From the NCBI GenBank assembly GCA_963662795.1, contig OY759746.1, forward strand, positions 2,016,001 through 2,080,000: 64,000 nt of DNA, in the 5' to 3' direction. Source of the stretch: Spirochaetia bacterium (GTDB lineage Bacteria > Spirochaetota > Spirochaetia > CADAEX01). A model generated the notes under the pieces. That model worked only from the letters and a program-made list of their open reading frames with translations. It was not told the DNA's origin and ran no database searches. Shown piece by piece: positions 52,295 to 62,747 of the stretch; position 1 is the first letter of the stretch, and every line of letters starts with the position of its first letter. The position numbers were made by a program, and so were the translations under genes.

Positions 52295-52825
52295 ATGAAT
52301 ATTGTTGTTGTTTCTTATTCTTTAACTGGAAATAATGAAAAACTGGCAGAAAGTATTGCAAAAGTATTATCAGTTAAACACATAAAGATAGAAGAAATAA
52401 AAAAGAGATCATTCGGGACTATTGCATTCGATATGCTTTTTAACAGAAAACCAAAGATTATTATGCAGTATGATGAAAATGAAAAATATGATTTAGCAGT
52501 ATTTGTTGGACCGGTTTGGATGGGATGTGTGGCTTCTCCTTTACGTAATTGCATCAAAAGATTAAAAGAGATAATTGATAAATACGCTTTTATTTCTATA
52601 AGCGGAGGAGCAGATGGACCTAATCCAAAACTGGAAAGTGAGTTGGAGAAAAGAATTGGGAAAAAAGCAATTGCAGTAATTGATTTACATATCGCAGATC
52701 TTTTACCAAAAGAGCCAAAGCCGGAAAGAAAAGATACATCAGTTTATAAGATAACTGATAAAGATTTAAAACAATTAACTGATACTGTTGTAAAGCGCTT
52801 TAATGAGATGAACATTTTAAAATAA
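52295..52825 (+). CDS. Flavodoxin-like protein
   Basis: YSLTGNN..LA; GPVW. Confidence 0.75.
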   Translation: MNIVVVSYSLTGNNEKLAESIAKVLSVKHIKIEEIKKRSFGTIAFDMLFNRKPKIIMQYDENEKYDLAVFVGPVWMGCVASPLRNCIKRLKEIIDKYAFISISGGADGPNPKLESELEKRIGKKAIAVIDLHIADLLPKEPKPERKDTSVYKITDKDLKQLTDTVVKRFNEMNILK

Positions 52826-52837
52826 TGGAATAAGATT

Positions 52838-53317
52838 ATGAATAAACAACAGTTTGAAGTTACAAGTACCAATTTTAAAGATGGCGATTGGATACCTTTA
52901 AAGAATACTGCCAGAGGAGATGATCAATCTCCTCAATTTGAATTAAATAATATTACTGAGAAAGCTGTTACTTTATCTATTATCATGGATGATGCATCGC
53001 ATCCACTTTTTCCTGATTATAATCACTGGTTAATTTGGAATATTCCAATAATGAAAAATATTCCTTCTGCAATACCTAGGGGAAAGACCGTTGAATCCTT
53101 AAATGGAGCAAAACAGGGAATAGCCTATGGACGACATAGATATAAAGGTCCTAAACCACCATTTAAATGTATTCATACTTATACATTTAAATTTTATGTT
53201 TTAGATTGCATAATAGATTTATCAGCTAAAAGTAGGAAAAAAGATTTGCTTAGAGTAATGAATGGTCATATATTACAGCAAGCAACTATATCAGGGAAAT
53301 ATCAAAGTAAAAGATAA
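52838..53317 (+). CDS. YbhB/YbcL (PEBP) family protein
   Basis: HWLIWNIP, YKGPKPP, H.Y.F..Y.LD. Confidence 0.85.
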   Translation: MNKQQFEVTSTNFKDGDWIPLKNTARGDDQSPQFELNNITEKAVTLSIIMDDASHPLFPDYNHWLIWNIPIMKNIPSAIPRGKTVESLNGAKQGIAYGRHRYKGPKPPFKCIHTYTFKFYVLDCIIDLSAKSRKKDLLRVMNGHILQQATISGKYQSKR

Positions 53318-53343
53318 CTTAAAATAAAAAAGAATTGAGGACA

Positions 53344-53590
53344 GTCCGGCCTTGGCGTTGCCGTGCGGCCTGGACAAGACGCCCAGCCACAGCCGATAAC
53401 AGCGAATGGCCGGTTCCGGCTGTTTCTAAGGAAGCAGCCTCCACCCAAATTGCCGAAATAATAAATGTTAAGAATAATGGAATAGAGTATAAACTTTTGA
53501 AGTGAAAGACACCATCGGCAACTTCGGTCATTCGCGGGACGTTATTTGAAATGCCCCGTAGGAAAATATATCGCGCCGTCCTGGCGCGAT
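53344..53590 (+). repeat. Composite junction site S32 (11 | gamma | 6)
   Basis: Same architecture. Confidence 0.9.
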
Positions 53591-53635
53591 GGGAAATATT
53601 TAAGAATAATGTTAATTGGGAAAAGGAAAAGGCAT

Positions 53636-54046
53636 TTAAAGAGTATTAAGACCAGCTTTAATACAAGCTACTGTTAGTTCTTTATCTAAAGTTCCTATGG
53701 AACCCTGTTTTCTAATTCCAAGTTCCAGATAAGCAGCATCATAAGCACTTAAGTTATAGATCTGAGTGAGTTCCAGAAGTTTTTCAGTATATTCACTACC
53801 ATAATTTAAATCAGTTACAAAATTAAATGAAGAAAGAAGCTTATTAATATTTAGAACATCATTGTGTTTTAAGCGTTTTCTTTTTATGGCAGTTGTTAAA
53901 ACATTACTCATTTCATACCACCAAAGTAGTGGAATATAAACTTCATCATTTTCTTCAATATTTAAGAAAGATTTTTTAATACTTTCTGATTTTTCATCAG
54001 GAAGAAATAGAGATGCACAAAAAGAGCAATCAAGAATATATATCAT
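53636..54046 (-). CDS. vapC: VapC/PIN-domain toxin (inverted TA cassette, copy 3, diverged)
   Basis: Close paralogue of copies 1 and 2; start placed at MIYILD. Confidence 0.85.
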   Translation of the reverse strand: MIYILDCSFCASLFLPDEKSESIKKSFLNIEENDEVYIPLLWWYEMSNVLTTAIKRKRLKHNDVLNINKLLSSFNFVTDLNYGSEYTEKLLELTQIYNLSAYDAAYLELGIRKQGSIGTLDKELTVACIKAGLNTL

Positions 54047-54047
54047 T

Positions 54048-54278
54048 TCATTTCCTGCCAGATTTAATAGCTTCGAGTATATTAAATTTCTCGTTTGAAG
54101 AGTTTTGATATTGAAATAATTGTGCAATAATATCTTTTCGTAGATGATTATCATCCGAAAAAGGAATTATTTTAGCAACAGGTTTACCTCTTTTTGTTAT
54201 GGTATAGTTTTTACCTTTTTGAACCTCTTCAATTATTTCGGAAAAATGTGTTTTAGCATCGAAAGTGCCAATATTCAT
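54048..54278 (-). CDS. Phd/YefM-family antitoxin (copy 3)
   Basis: Close paralogue of copies 1 and 2. Confidence 0.85.
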   Translation of the reverse strand: MNIGTFDAKTHFSEIIEEVQKGKNYTITKRGKPVAKIIPFSDDNHLRKDIIAQLFQYQNSSNEKFNILEAIKSGRK

Positions 54279-54400
54279 AAAGACCTCTTATAGACTAGTA
54301 TAGTAAACCAGTATTAAGAAGTCAATGAATATGTTGAAGAAAATTAGTAATTAAAGAAGTAGAAATATTTAATTTTGTAAGATATAGCGCTAAAGCAAGA

Positions 54401-54663
54401 AAGCCTATAGACGTCCTGTCTATAGGCTTAATACGGGGCACTTCAAATAACAGAGGATAATTCGCTGCGCTCGGTTTCCCTCGCTTGGCCTGCGGCACAC
54501 ATCGTAGGGTTTGAACCACAACTTCAATGAACAACCATTTTTGGGGAAAATAATACAACTTTTAGATTTTCATGGTTATTCTACGATGCGTCGCTTATCC
54601 TCAGGACGTTCTCCGAAATACCGCCCCAAGAAGAGATCGCCCGGACCTCCGGCCAACGGGCGA
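54401..54663 (+). repeat. Composite junction site S33 (6 | beta | 5)
   Basis: Same architecture. Confidence 0.9.
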
Positions 54664-54769
54664 AGATAGGGTGAGATATTAAAGAATACACTATATAATA
54701 TAATAAAAAGTATTGTAAAAACTTGAATAATAGTGCTGTATATCGTATTATATAAAACAGGATGAAACT

Positions 54770-55027
54770 ATGAAGAATATAATAACTGCAAATGATCTAA
54801 AAGTAAGAGGAATCTCAATAATAGATGAGGTAAGCTCTTCTAACCAGGAAGTTGTAATTACTGTTCATGGAAAGGATAAATATGTTGTTTTGCCCATAGA
54901 TGAATACAACCAATTAAGAGAATATGAACTTGATGCGGCGATAAAAGAATCCCAGGAAGATCTTAAAAATGGGAGAATTATTGAAGAATCTGTTGAAAAG
55001 CATATCAAGAGAATAAGAAGTGTATAA
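54770..55027 (+). CDS. Phd/YefM-like antitoxin
   Basis: ITANDLKVRG...VVITVHGKDKYVVL; overlaps the toxin gene. Confidence 0.75.
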   Translation: MKNIITANDLKVRGISIIDEVSSSNQEVVITVHGKDKYVVLPIDEYNQLREYELDAAIKESQEDLKNGRIIEESVEKHIKRIRSV

Positions 55028-55292
55028 AATTATATATACAGAAAGCTATGTAAAAAGGGCAAAAAAATTTGCCCAGAAACATCCGGAATTATTAAATCAG
55101 TATAAAAAAACACTCCAATTACTTGAACTAAATCCTTCACATCCATCATTAAGGCTTCATAAGCTGGAAGGAATATTTTCGGAATATTATAGTGTATCAA
55201 TAAATATGACTTACAGAATAACAATAGATTTTCTGATAAAAGAAAAGGAGATTATTCCAATAAATGTTGGAAAACACGAAGAAGTCTATTAA
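55020..55292 (+). CDS. RelE/ParE (YafQ-like) toxin
   Basis: HPSLRLHKL.G...SVSINMTYRI...VG.H. Confidence 0.85.
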   Translation: MYKIIYTESYVKRAKKFAQKHPELLNQYKKTLQLLELNPSHPSLRLHKLEGIFSEYYSVSINMTYRITIDFLIKEKEIIPINVGKHEEVY

Positions 55293-55316
55293 ATACTCTT
55301 AGCTTTTTTTAACAAA

Positions 55317-55874
55317 ATGAAAATACATATATTAGGTCCGTCAGGATCAGGAACATCGACACTTGGAGAAACAATATCTACAAAATATAATTCTCCATGG
55401 TTTGACTCAGATAATTTCTTTTGGGAGAAAACAGACCCACCATTTTTGAAGAAGCGAACAAAAGAAGATCGCGTAAAATTATTGGAAAAAGAACTTAATA
55501 AAACTGATAGTTGGGTATTGAGTGGTTCAGTAATTGGATGGGGTGATTTTATAAAAGAAAAATTGGATCTGGTAATATATTTGTATATTGAACCCGAGAC
55601 AAGAATAAAACGTTTAATAAATAGGGAGCGGGTTATTTATGGAAATAGAATTGATCCAGGAAATGATATGTATCAAATTCATATTGATTTTATAGAATGG
55701 GCTCTAAGTTATGAAACTGACAACATGAATACGAGAAGTAGAAAAAGTGAAAAAGAATGGATGAAAGATTTGAAATGTAAAATTATAAAAATTGAAGAAG
55801 AAATATCATTGCAGAAAGAAATGGAAATTGTTTCAAAAGAAATTGACTTGTTGTTTATAAATATCGATAAATAA
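55317..55874 (+). CDS. P-loop kinase (adenylate-kinase-like)
   Basis: ILGPSGSGTSTLG, DSDNFFW, WVLSGS. Confidence 0.8.
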   Translation: MKIHILGPSGSGTSTLGETISTKYNSPWFDSDNFFWEKTDPPFLKKRTKEDRVKLLEKELNKTDSWVLSGSVIGWGDFIKEKLDLVIYLYIEPETRIKRLINRERVIYGNRIDPGNDMYQIHIDFIEWALSYETDNMNTRSRKSEKEWMKDLKCKIIKIEEEISLQKEMEIVSKEIDLLFINIDK

Positions 55875-55915
55875 TTATCAGAAAGTTATTTTAATAAAAA
55901 TATTAAATAATTAAT

Positions 55916-56205
55916 CCAAGCCTTGGCGTTGCCGTGCGGCTTGGAAGAGAGGGGCGGTACTTCGGAGAACAGCGATTATTTCGCTGCGCTCCCTATGGTA
56001 GCTTGGGCTCCTGCCAGTCGAACCGGCAGATCGCCATATTTTGTTTTCATAAAACCAGAACTGCATGTATTTTATGCTTTTTAATTTTAAAAAAATTAAA
56101 AAAATGTATTTTTAAAGTTTAGCCGCAAAACATCGAATAATCGCGAGACGTTATCCACAATATCATCGCAAGAAAGCGCCGCCCGGACCTCCGGCCAACG
56201 GGCGA
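55916..56205 (+). repeat. Composite junction site S34 (5 | alpha | 1)
   Basis: Same architecture. Confidence 0.9.
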
Positions 56206-56220
56206 AGAAAGTAGAATCTG

Positions 56221-56279
56221 CTGTATAATATACTTTATACATAACATATATAGTATACTAGTTATTTAATATGTTATGC
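56221..56279 (+). promoter_or_regulatory. attI-like capture segment of carrier cassette 7
   Basis: CTGTATAATATACT...CTAGTTATTTAATAT|GTTATGC. Confidence 0.7.
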
Positions 56280-56708
56280 TGCACATAAGAAAAATATACA
56301 ATAATTTAATTTGGAGGAAATTATGAATGTTCATAAACTAAGAATTCTATTGCTAAATGTAATTATTATTTTGATCAGTTGCCAAACAATGAATGGTGGT
56401 GATAAACCTTTCTTATTGCAAGGGCCAAAAGAGACAGTTGTTAAAAAGCAGAATTATATTGCTAACGAACTAAAACGAATATTCTTAACAAATGAGAGAA
56501 TTGCAAATGGTGATTCATCAATTGATGAAATTTATAAAAACTATATTGAATCTGTAAATTCTGTAAAAATAGAAGTTGAGAAAGCTTTAAATGAATTTAC
56601 TTCTAAACCTGGTAACATGAAAAATAACAAAAAAATATATACTTACTTTACAAAATTATCATCTTTGGCTGAACTTCAAAATATATTCAGTGATAGTTTA
56701 AATAAACT

Positions 56709-57983
56709 CATAGGTGTCCAAAACAATCATAACAGCTCCAGTTGAAGATTGAAACTAGTTTTTTTAGTCTGTTCTGAAGGCGGTTTATTGAGAACAGTCC
56801 AGATATCTTTTCTTGATGTCAGTATTACAGGAATCAATTTCATCAGTGAAAAATGAGTCCATTTTCTACATGAAAACATTTTAAGGAACTGAAGTAACAG
56901 AAAAGCAATTAGGGCAATCCAGATTTGTGTCATTACAGCATTTCTGGAAGTACCAAAGAATTTCTTGATCTTGAGGTTCTGTTTGATAGTTTTAAAAAAT
57001 ATTTCAATCTGCCATCTGTCTTTGTAAACAGCAGCAATTGTTGTTGGAGACCAAAGGAAATTATTGGTAAGAATTACAATATATTTACCGGTTTCAGGAT
57101 CTCTGCTTCTGATTCGTCTTAATTTTAACGGGCATTTTTTACTGGTGTAAAATCCTTTCATTTCTATGATCTGATCAGATGTAATATTTTTAAAGGAGGA
57201 GGTATCTTTTCTCTGGACAATTTTATAATCAGCATTCTTTTTTAACCTGGTAACAAAATAAATACCGGTATTACAATAATTTGCGAATAATTTAAAGTCA
57301 GTATAACCACGATCAAACGTGATGACATCGCCTTTGTTGAAAGCCATTTTTTTCAAGGAATTGACTTCATGTGTTTTTGCAGTTGTAACTGATACAAAAG
57401 CTGGAATATATCCACTATGGTCAAGTTTTACATTAAGTTTTATTCCGCCTTTATATTTTCTGAAATTTGCCCATGGAAAGAGATTTAAACACAAGTCAAT
57501 AGTTGATGCATCAACACTGTAAAGAGGATTTTTAAATTTATGTTTATGCGCTCTCTTCATGGATAATATCTTATCAAGAAGATCAGTGAAAACATTTTCA
57601 TAAACTTCACAGCTTCTATTATTATTTGCGTAAGATAATGTAGAGCGTTTTACCTTTTTTACACCCATATGATAAAGGTGGTTACTGATTGATTCAAAAG
57701 AGTTTTCAATGCCTCTTAACCCGGTCTGTCCTGAAAGTTGTGCAAAGAGCATGGAGACAAAATGCTGCCAACAGGTAAAACCTTTGGAAGCAAAGTCCCC
57801 TTTATGTTTTTTTACAGATTTTTCAAATTCATGTCTCGGAATTATTTGTAGAATTTGTTTTAAAATGGTATTATTGTAACTCATTGCCTGATTTCCTTTT
57901 CCTGTAAAGAATTAGCCGTCCAAGCTTAATTCATTATAGTTGGGATTTCAGGCAATTAATAGTCCTTGTTTTGGACACCTATG
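56709..57983 (-). mobile_element. IS4-family insertion sequence, copy 3
   Basis: Same TIRs; 9-bp target duplication AAATAAACT. Confidence 0.92.
56727..57884 (-). CDS. IS4-family DDE transposase
   Basis: Protein identical to copies 1 and 2. Confidence 0.92.
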   Translation of the reverse strand: MSYNNTILKQILQIIPRHEFEKSVKKHKGDFASKGFTCWQHFVSMLFAQLSGQTGLRGIENSFESISNHLYHMGVKKVKRSTLSYANNNRSCEVYENVFTDLLDKILSMKRAHKHKFKNPLYSVDASTIDLCLNLFPWANFRKYKGGIKLNVKLDHSGYIPAFVSVTTAKTHEVNSLKKMAFNKGDVITFDRGYTDFKLFANYCNTGIYFVTRLKKNADYKIVQRKDTSSFKNITSDQIIEMKGFYTSKKCPLKLRRIRSRDPETGKYIVILTNNFLWSPTTIAAVYKDRWQIEIFFKTIKQNLKIKKFFGTSRNAVMTQIWIALIAFLLLQFLKMFSCRKWTHFSLMKLIPVILTSRKDIWTVLNKPPSEQTKKTSFNLQLELL

Positions 57984-58604
57984 AAATAAACTATATAATG
58001 AAAATGGTGGAAAATATAATGTCCTTGGTTCAGATAAGTATGCACAAAATAAACATTATTTTGAAAATGAAGAGCAGTTATTACTATTTTTCAATAATAA
58101 ATATCCTGAAATTGAAAAATCATTTACTATTGTAAATGATGTTTTAGCAACAGTTGATATTGAGAAAGAGAATATTCTTAAGTATTCAAAAGAGCATGAA
58201 TACAGTGAATTGCTAAAATTTGTTGAAGAAAAATATAACAAACAATTAACAATGTCTCTTAGTAAAATAGTTGGTGAAAATACTTTGTTATCTGCAGCGA
58301 TATTTAATAATTACAGCAATGATCGATTGTATTATCTTGGTAATGCATTTGAACAATTACAATTATTAGAAGACGGGATTTTGATTATTGCAACATCAAA
58401 TTTAAATTCATATAGTTTCTTCTTAAAAACAGAAGAAAAGAATCCAGATGGATATAGATTCACTGATAAAGATTTTGTGTTCATTGATGGATTGTATGAA
58501 TATGAAAGCTTAACAGGAAGAAAAACAGTTTATAAATTAATTCATGTAAAAGCACTAAAAGAATACTATTTCATCTAGATAAAAATTAAAAATTGAAGAG
58601 TTCA

Positions 58605-58701
58605 GCATAATATTCAATTGGATCAGACAAACCTACCTGTCATGGTTTTTGCATTCGCAAAAACACACGCCAGTTTACGGTTTGCAGGTCAATTGGGCGT
58701 T
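58605..58701 (+). repeat. Canonical-type attC site split at its GTT by an IS1182-family element
   Basis: GCATAAT-ATTCAATTGGA...GTCAATTGGGC-GTT; near inverse of GTTATGC at 56273. Confidence 0.7.
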
Positions 58702-60457
58702 GAGGCTGTAGATAAAGTGTAAATTTTCAACAATTGCTTTATATCCAGATATTCCCATGATAAAATTCTATCAGACTGGGAGATTACAAAATGGGTAAAT
58801 ACAAAGAGTATTCTTATGAACAAAAAGTGCTGCTGCCGATAGATTTTTCCGAGCAGGTTCTTCCCGGAACCTTTGAACACACACTCAATTTTCTCATTGA
58901 CCGGGAAATTGATTTAACCATGTTTTATGAAAAACATAAAAATGATGAAAATGGAGCTCCCGCCTACGATCCGGCGATCTTACTGAAGATAATTCTTTTT
59001 GCTTATTCACGGGGAATTATTTCCAGCAGAAGAATTGCCCGATTATGTCGGGAAAATGTCGTTTGCATGTCCCTCTCCGCAGATACCCGGCCGCACTTTA
59101 GCACCATAGCTGATTTTATTTCTACGATGGATAAAGAAATCGCTCCCCTGTTTACCCGGATTCTCTCGGTCTGTTACGCCAATAACGTCATCGATAAAAA
59201 CATGTTTGCCATCGACGGCTGCAAGATTTCTTCCAATTGCTCAAAGGAATGGAGCGGAACGAAAAAAGAACTGCTAAAAAAAGCGGGAAAGATAGAGGAA
59301 TCTATCAAATACCTGTTGGAAAAACATAAACAGGAAGATAAAAGCCGGTATAGTCAAAGTCAGGAAGAGAAAGAAAAGGCTTCGATAGAGAAACTGAAAG
59401 CTAAATCCCAAAAGATCCATGACTGACTGAACTCAAATGACGATAGAATGGGAAGCCAGGGGAAACCAATAAAAAGCAATATTACCGACAATGAAAGCGC
59501 GAAGATGTCCACCTCCCATGGAGTTATCCAGGGTTATAACGGAATTGCGGCGGTTGATGAAAAGAACCAATTAATCGTTTGGGCGGAAGCATTTGGCGAC
59601 AGCAATGAATCCAAACATTTCCCCGAGATTCTGGATGGAATAAAAAACAATTTTAAATCGATTCAGGCATCGGAAGATATCTTGAAAGAAACAGTGATTA
59701 CCGCCGACAGCGGTTTTCATAATGATAATAATATGAAGCTGATTGTGGAAAATAACCTGACAGCCTTTGTCGCGGACAACCAGTTTCGAAAGAGGGATGT
59801 GAGATTTGCATCAGCCCAGAAACATAAACAAAAACCTGTCACGAATTGGGAACCTGCCAAAGGGAAAAAATATTACTCAGTAGATGATTTTATCTATGAT
59901 GAAAATACAAAGAAATTAATGTGCCCAGCTGGTTTCGAAATGAAACTGAAGTGCAGGAACTTTCAAAGCTCTGGCTATAGTGGAACATCCTACATAGGGA
60001 GAAAGGAAAACTGCTTAACCTGTCCGCTAAGAAAGAAGTGTATACGTAAAGAGAGCACGGAAGTCAGACAGGTGACCAGGTTTGATAGTAGTCGGGGAAA
60101 AGAAAAGGTCTCATTTACAGAACGAATGAGGAGAGTCTTTGACGCGCCTGAAGGTCGGAGTATCTACAGTAAAAGAATGGGTACTGTAGAACCGGTGTTT
60201 GGAAATATCCGATCGACACTGGGGTTAAATTATTTTACACTGCGAAGTAAGAATAAGGTAAATGTTCAATGGTTGCTTTTCTGTATTGTGCATAACATTG
60301 GAAAAATACAGAGGTATGCGGAAGCATAGGGGAAAATAGAGGATGAAATGAATCAGGGATTACATTTTGACCTCACAAGACAATCTTATGGACTTTATGA
60401 TCTTGTAGAATGGGAGAAGTAAATGAAGATTGAAAATCGGGGTTTTTCTACAGCCTC
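58702..60457 (+). mobile_element. IS1182-family insertion sequence
   Basis: TIR GAGGCTGTAGA / TCTACAGCCTC, flanked by GTT on both sides. Confidence 0.85.
58791..60329 (+). pseudogene. IS1182-family transposase with in-frame TGA at 59424-59426
   Basis: PAYDP..LLKI..FAY, AIDG.K, TD.ES, ADSGF, Y.KR...VEPVFG; the two ORFs share one frame. Confidence 0.85.
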
Positions 60458-60481
60458 GTTATATCGAAAAAGGTATTAAAA

Positions 60482-61876
60482 ATGATTAGACAGAAAGAAA
60501 TTGAGAGAATAAGACAAAATAGAGTTAAGTGGTTTTGCCATCATGTGAAAATATTCCAGGAAAACATTAAAGATGGAATTTCACTTGAAGGCCATGGAAC
60601 TTTGGAAGTGAATGATAGGGGTAGTCTGTACATCGATTTCATTTGCACAAGGTCAAATATCCGGCCTGATTTTAGGGAATCTATACCAAATGATACACTA
60701 GATACAAATGCTTTACTGATACTTAATGCCGAAACAATAACTGGAATCAAAATTACATCAAAAAATATTATTATAAAGCCTCAATTATTCAATTCAATGC
60801 AACCAGAACCAACATATTATAGAATACCTCTAGACGAAATAATATCAACAACTGAAGATAAGTCATCATATCAAAATCAGTCTATGATTATTGAATGCCA
60901 TGAAAATTTATTAATTCCTTCAAATAAATCGAATAGCATTGTATCAACATTAGGGAATGAATCACATAGTTGGAATGAAACAGAATTAAATATTGCTGAA
61001 AATAAAATCAATATAATAAAGCACGATAATTATTCAGAAATAATTATACGAGGAGAAAGTTTTGAAGAACAAGAATACCTTGAATCAATACTCTTGTATT
61101 TAAAAATAACAAGCGGAAATAATTTACAACCATATTACATATCAGTTCATAAAGAAAATATTATTAATGAAAAAGTTATTAGCATAGACTTAAATAATCT
61201 AAATAAAAGTATACCTTCACCTATTCCAGAAAATGCTGCTGATGTAAAAGGATATAGGTTGGATAACTACCATTATGATTTATTAGAAAATATTATAAAG
61301 ATAAAACAATCTTCGGAACATTATTTTACTACAATAGCATCTCACTGGCATAATATATGGTCAGCATTTCATGTGAAGAATCTATATATACCTAATTTAG
61401 TCTTATCTTTATCAATAGAAGGTATATTAAACGATATATTTATTCCTGTTTTAGAAAAAGTAACAATGGATTCTGAATTTGAAAAAATAAAAAAAGAAAT
61501 AAATTGTAAAATATCAAAAATTGATGGAATAGAAGAAAAGTATATAAAAAATATTAATGATTATGTAAATAGATGGGGAAATATTCATCCTAAAAAAGCA
61601 TTAGAAATTCTACAAGAGAAAGACCTCATTGAGAAAAAGCAAAAAGAGATATGGGAAATTTTAAGAAATAAATCAGCACATCCAAGAAATTCTGATAATC
61701 TTAAAACAATCAGAAAAAAGGATTATGAAAGATTAGTAGTATGCCTTGGATTGTTTTATGTTTTAATTCTAAATGTTTTTAAATTTGAGGGTGCACAATT
61801 TTCTTTTGCAAAAATTAAAGATGAGAAAATAGTGCTAAATCCTTATATAAACATATTGTACAATAATTCGATATAA
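60482..61876 (+). CDS. Hypothetical protein with C-terminal HEPN-like motif (ApeA-like layout)
   Basis: LRNKSAH (Rx4H); stop codon lies in the attC inverse core. Confidence 0.55.
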   Translation: MIRQKEIERIRQNRVKWFCHHVKIFQENIKDGISLEGHGTLEVNDRGSLYIDFICTRSNIRPDFRESIPNDTLDTNALLILNAETITGIKITSKNIIIKPQLFNSMQPEPTYYRIPLDEIISTTEDKSSYQNQSMIIECHENLLIPSNKSNSIVSTLGNESHSWNETELNIAENKINIIKHDNYSEIIIRGESFEEQEYLESILLYLKITSGNNLQPYYISVHKENIINEKVISIDLNNLNKSIPSPIPENAADVKGYRLDNYHYDLLENIIKIKQSSEHYFTTIASHWHNIWSAFHVKNLYIPNLVLSLSIEGILNDIFIPVLEKVTMDSEFEKIKKEINCKISKIDGIEEKYIKNINDYVNRWGNIHPKKALEILQEKDLIEKKQKEIWEILRNKSAHPRNSDNLKTIRKKDYERLVVCLGLFYVLILNVFKFEGAQFSFAKIKDEKIVLNPYINILYNNSI

Positions 61877-61934
61877 CAATCGCATGAACCAGATTTTCGC
61901 CATGTACGGAAAACAGGTTATGGGGGCGTTATAA
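61871..61934 (+). repeat. Canonical attC site (64 bp)
   Basis: ATATAAC ... GTTATAA; inverse core matches GTTATAT at 60458. Confidence 0.8.
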
Positions 61935-61954
61935 AAAAAATAGAAACGGGGGAA

Positions 61955-62200
61955 GTCCGGCCTTGGCGTTGCCGTGCGGCCCTGGACAAGAAGCGATGAT
62001 ACTGGTGGATAACAGCGGTTAAAGCGCTGCACTCGGAGTACCTCGCTTGGGCTTCGCCATAAAGGCGCGAACAAATACAGGTTAGGTCTAGAGTAATCAA
62101 TAAAACTTGTTTATTTTAAAGCAAGTGCGCCTTCATCGCTTAACCGCGGGACGTTAGTAGCAATACCCCGCCAAGAGAGAAGCGTGCCGTCCTGGCACGC
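61955..62200 (+). repeat. Composite junction site S35 (1 | delta | 12)
   Basis: Right arm GTTAGTAGCAATACCCCGCC; variant hairpin B. Confidence 0.9.
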
Positions 62201-62246
62201 AAGAATACAAATATAATTATTTTTAACTAATAAGAGAGAAAGAAAA

Positions 62247-62747
62247 ATGAAAACATTAAATGATTATGTATCAGAGTACAAAAAGCAAATGGAGAAGAGT
62301 GATATTCAAAAAGCCTATAGAGGAATCATTGATTACATGATGAGCCTTAGAACATATTTTGAAAAAAATTATAGTGATTATTTTGTTTCCGGAAGCCTTT
62401 ACAATGGTTATATGGATATGACTTATTTCTCTCTTACACCAGCATTTTTAAAAGAAAAAAAATTAAAAATAGCTATAGTTTTTATACATGAGAATATAAG
62501 TTTTGAAGTTTGGCTTTCAGGATACAATAAAAGCATACAGAAAAAGTATTGGAAGTATTTTAAAGAAAGGAAATGGAATAAATATCTTATACCAGATGAT
62601 ATAAATGGAAAAGATTCAATAATTGAATACATTATTGAAGATAAACCTAATTTCGATAATTTAAACTTTTTAACACGAAAAATAGAGAAAGAAGTCCTCA
62701 TATTTATTAAGGATATAATAAAATTGTTAGAAAAAGAAACTGAATAG
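62247..62747 (+). CDS. Conserved-looking hypothetical protein
   Basis: 166-aa ORF, GYMDMTYF...FEVWL.G.N. Confidence 0.7.
   Translation: MKTLNDYVSEYKKQMEKSDIQKAYRGIIDYMMSLRTYFEKNYSDYFVSGSLYNGYMDMTYFSLTPAFLKEKKLKIAIVFIHENISFEVWLSGYNKSIQKKYWKYFKERKWNKYLIPDDINGKDSIIEYIIEDKPNFDNLNFLTRKIEKEVLIFIKDIIKLLEKETE

Larger units (their letters stand above)
56323..58578 (+). pseudogene. Predicted lipoprotein gene interrupted by IS4 copy 3
   Basis: Signal peptide ending LISC; removing the IS and one target repeat restores a frame that runs into ORF 58210-58578. Confidence 0.75.

Noticed and set aside
56311-58578. ORFs 56311-56745 and 58210-58578 as separate genes
   Set aside because: They are the two halves of one IS-interrupted lipoprotein gene.
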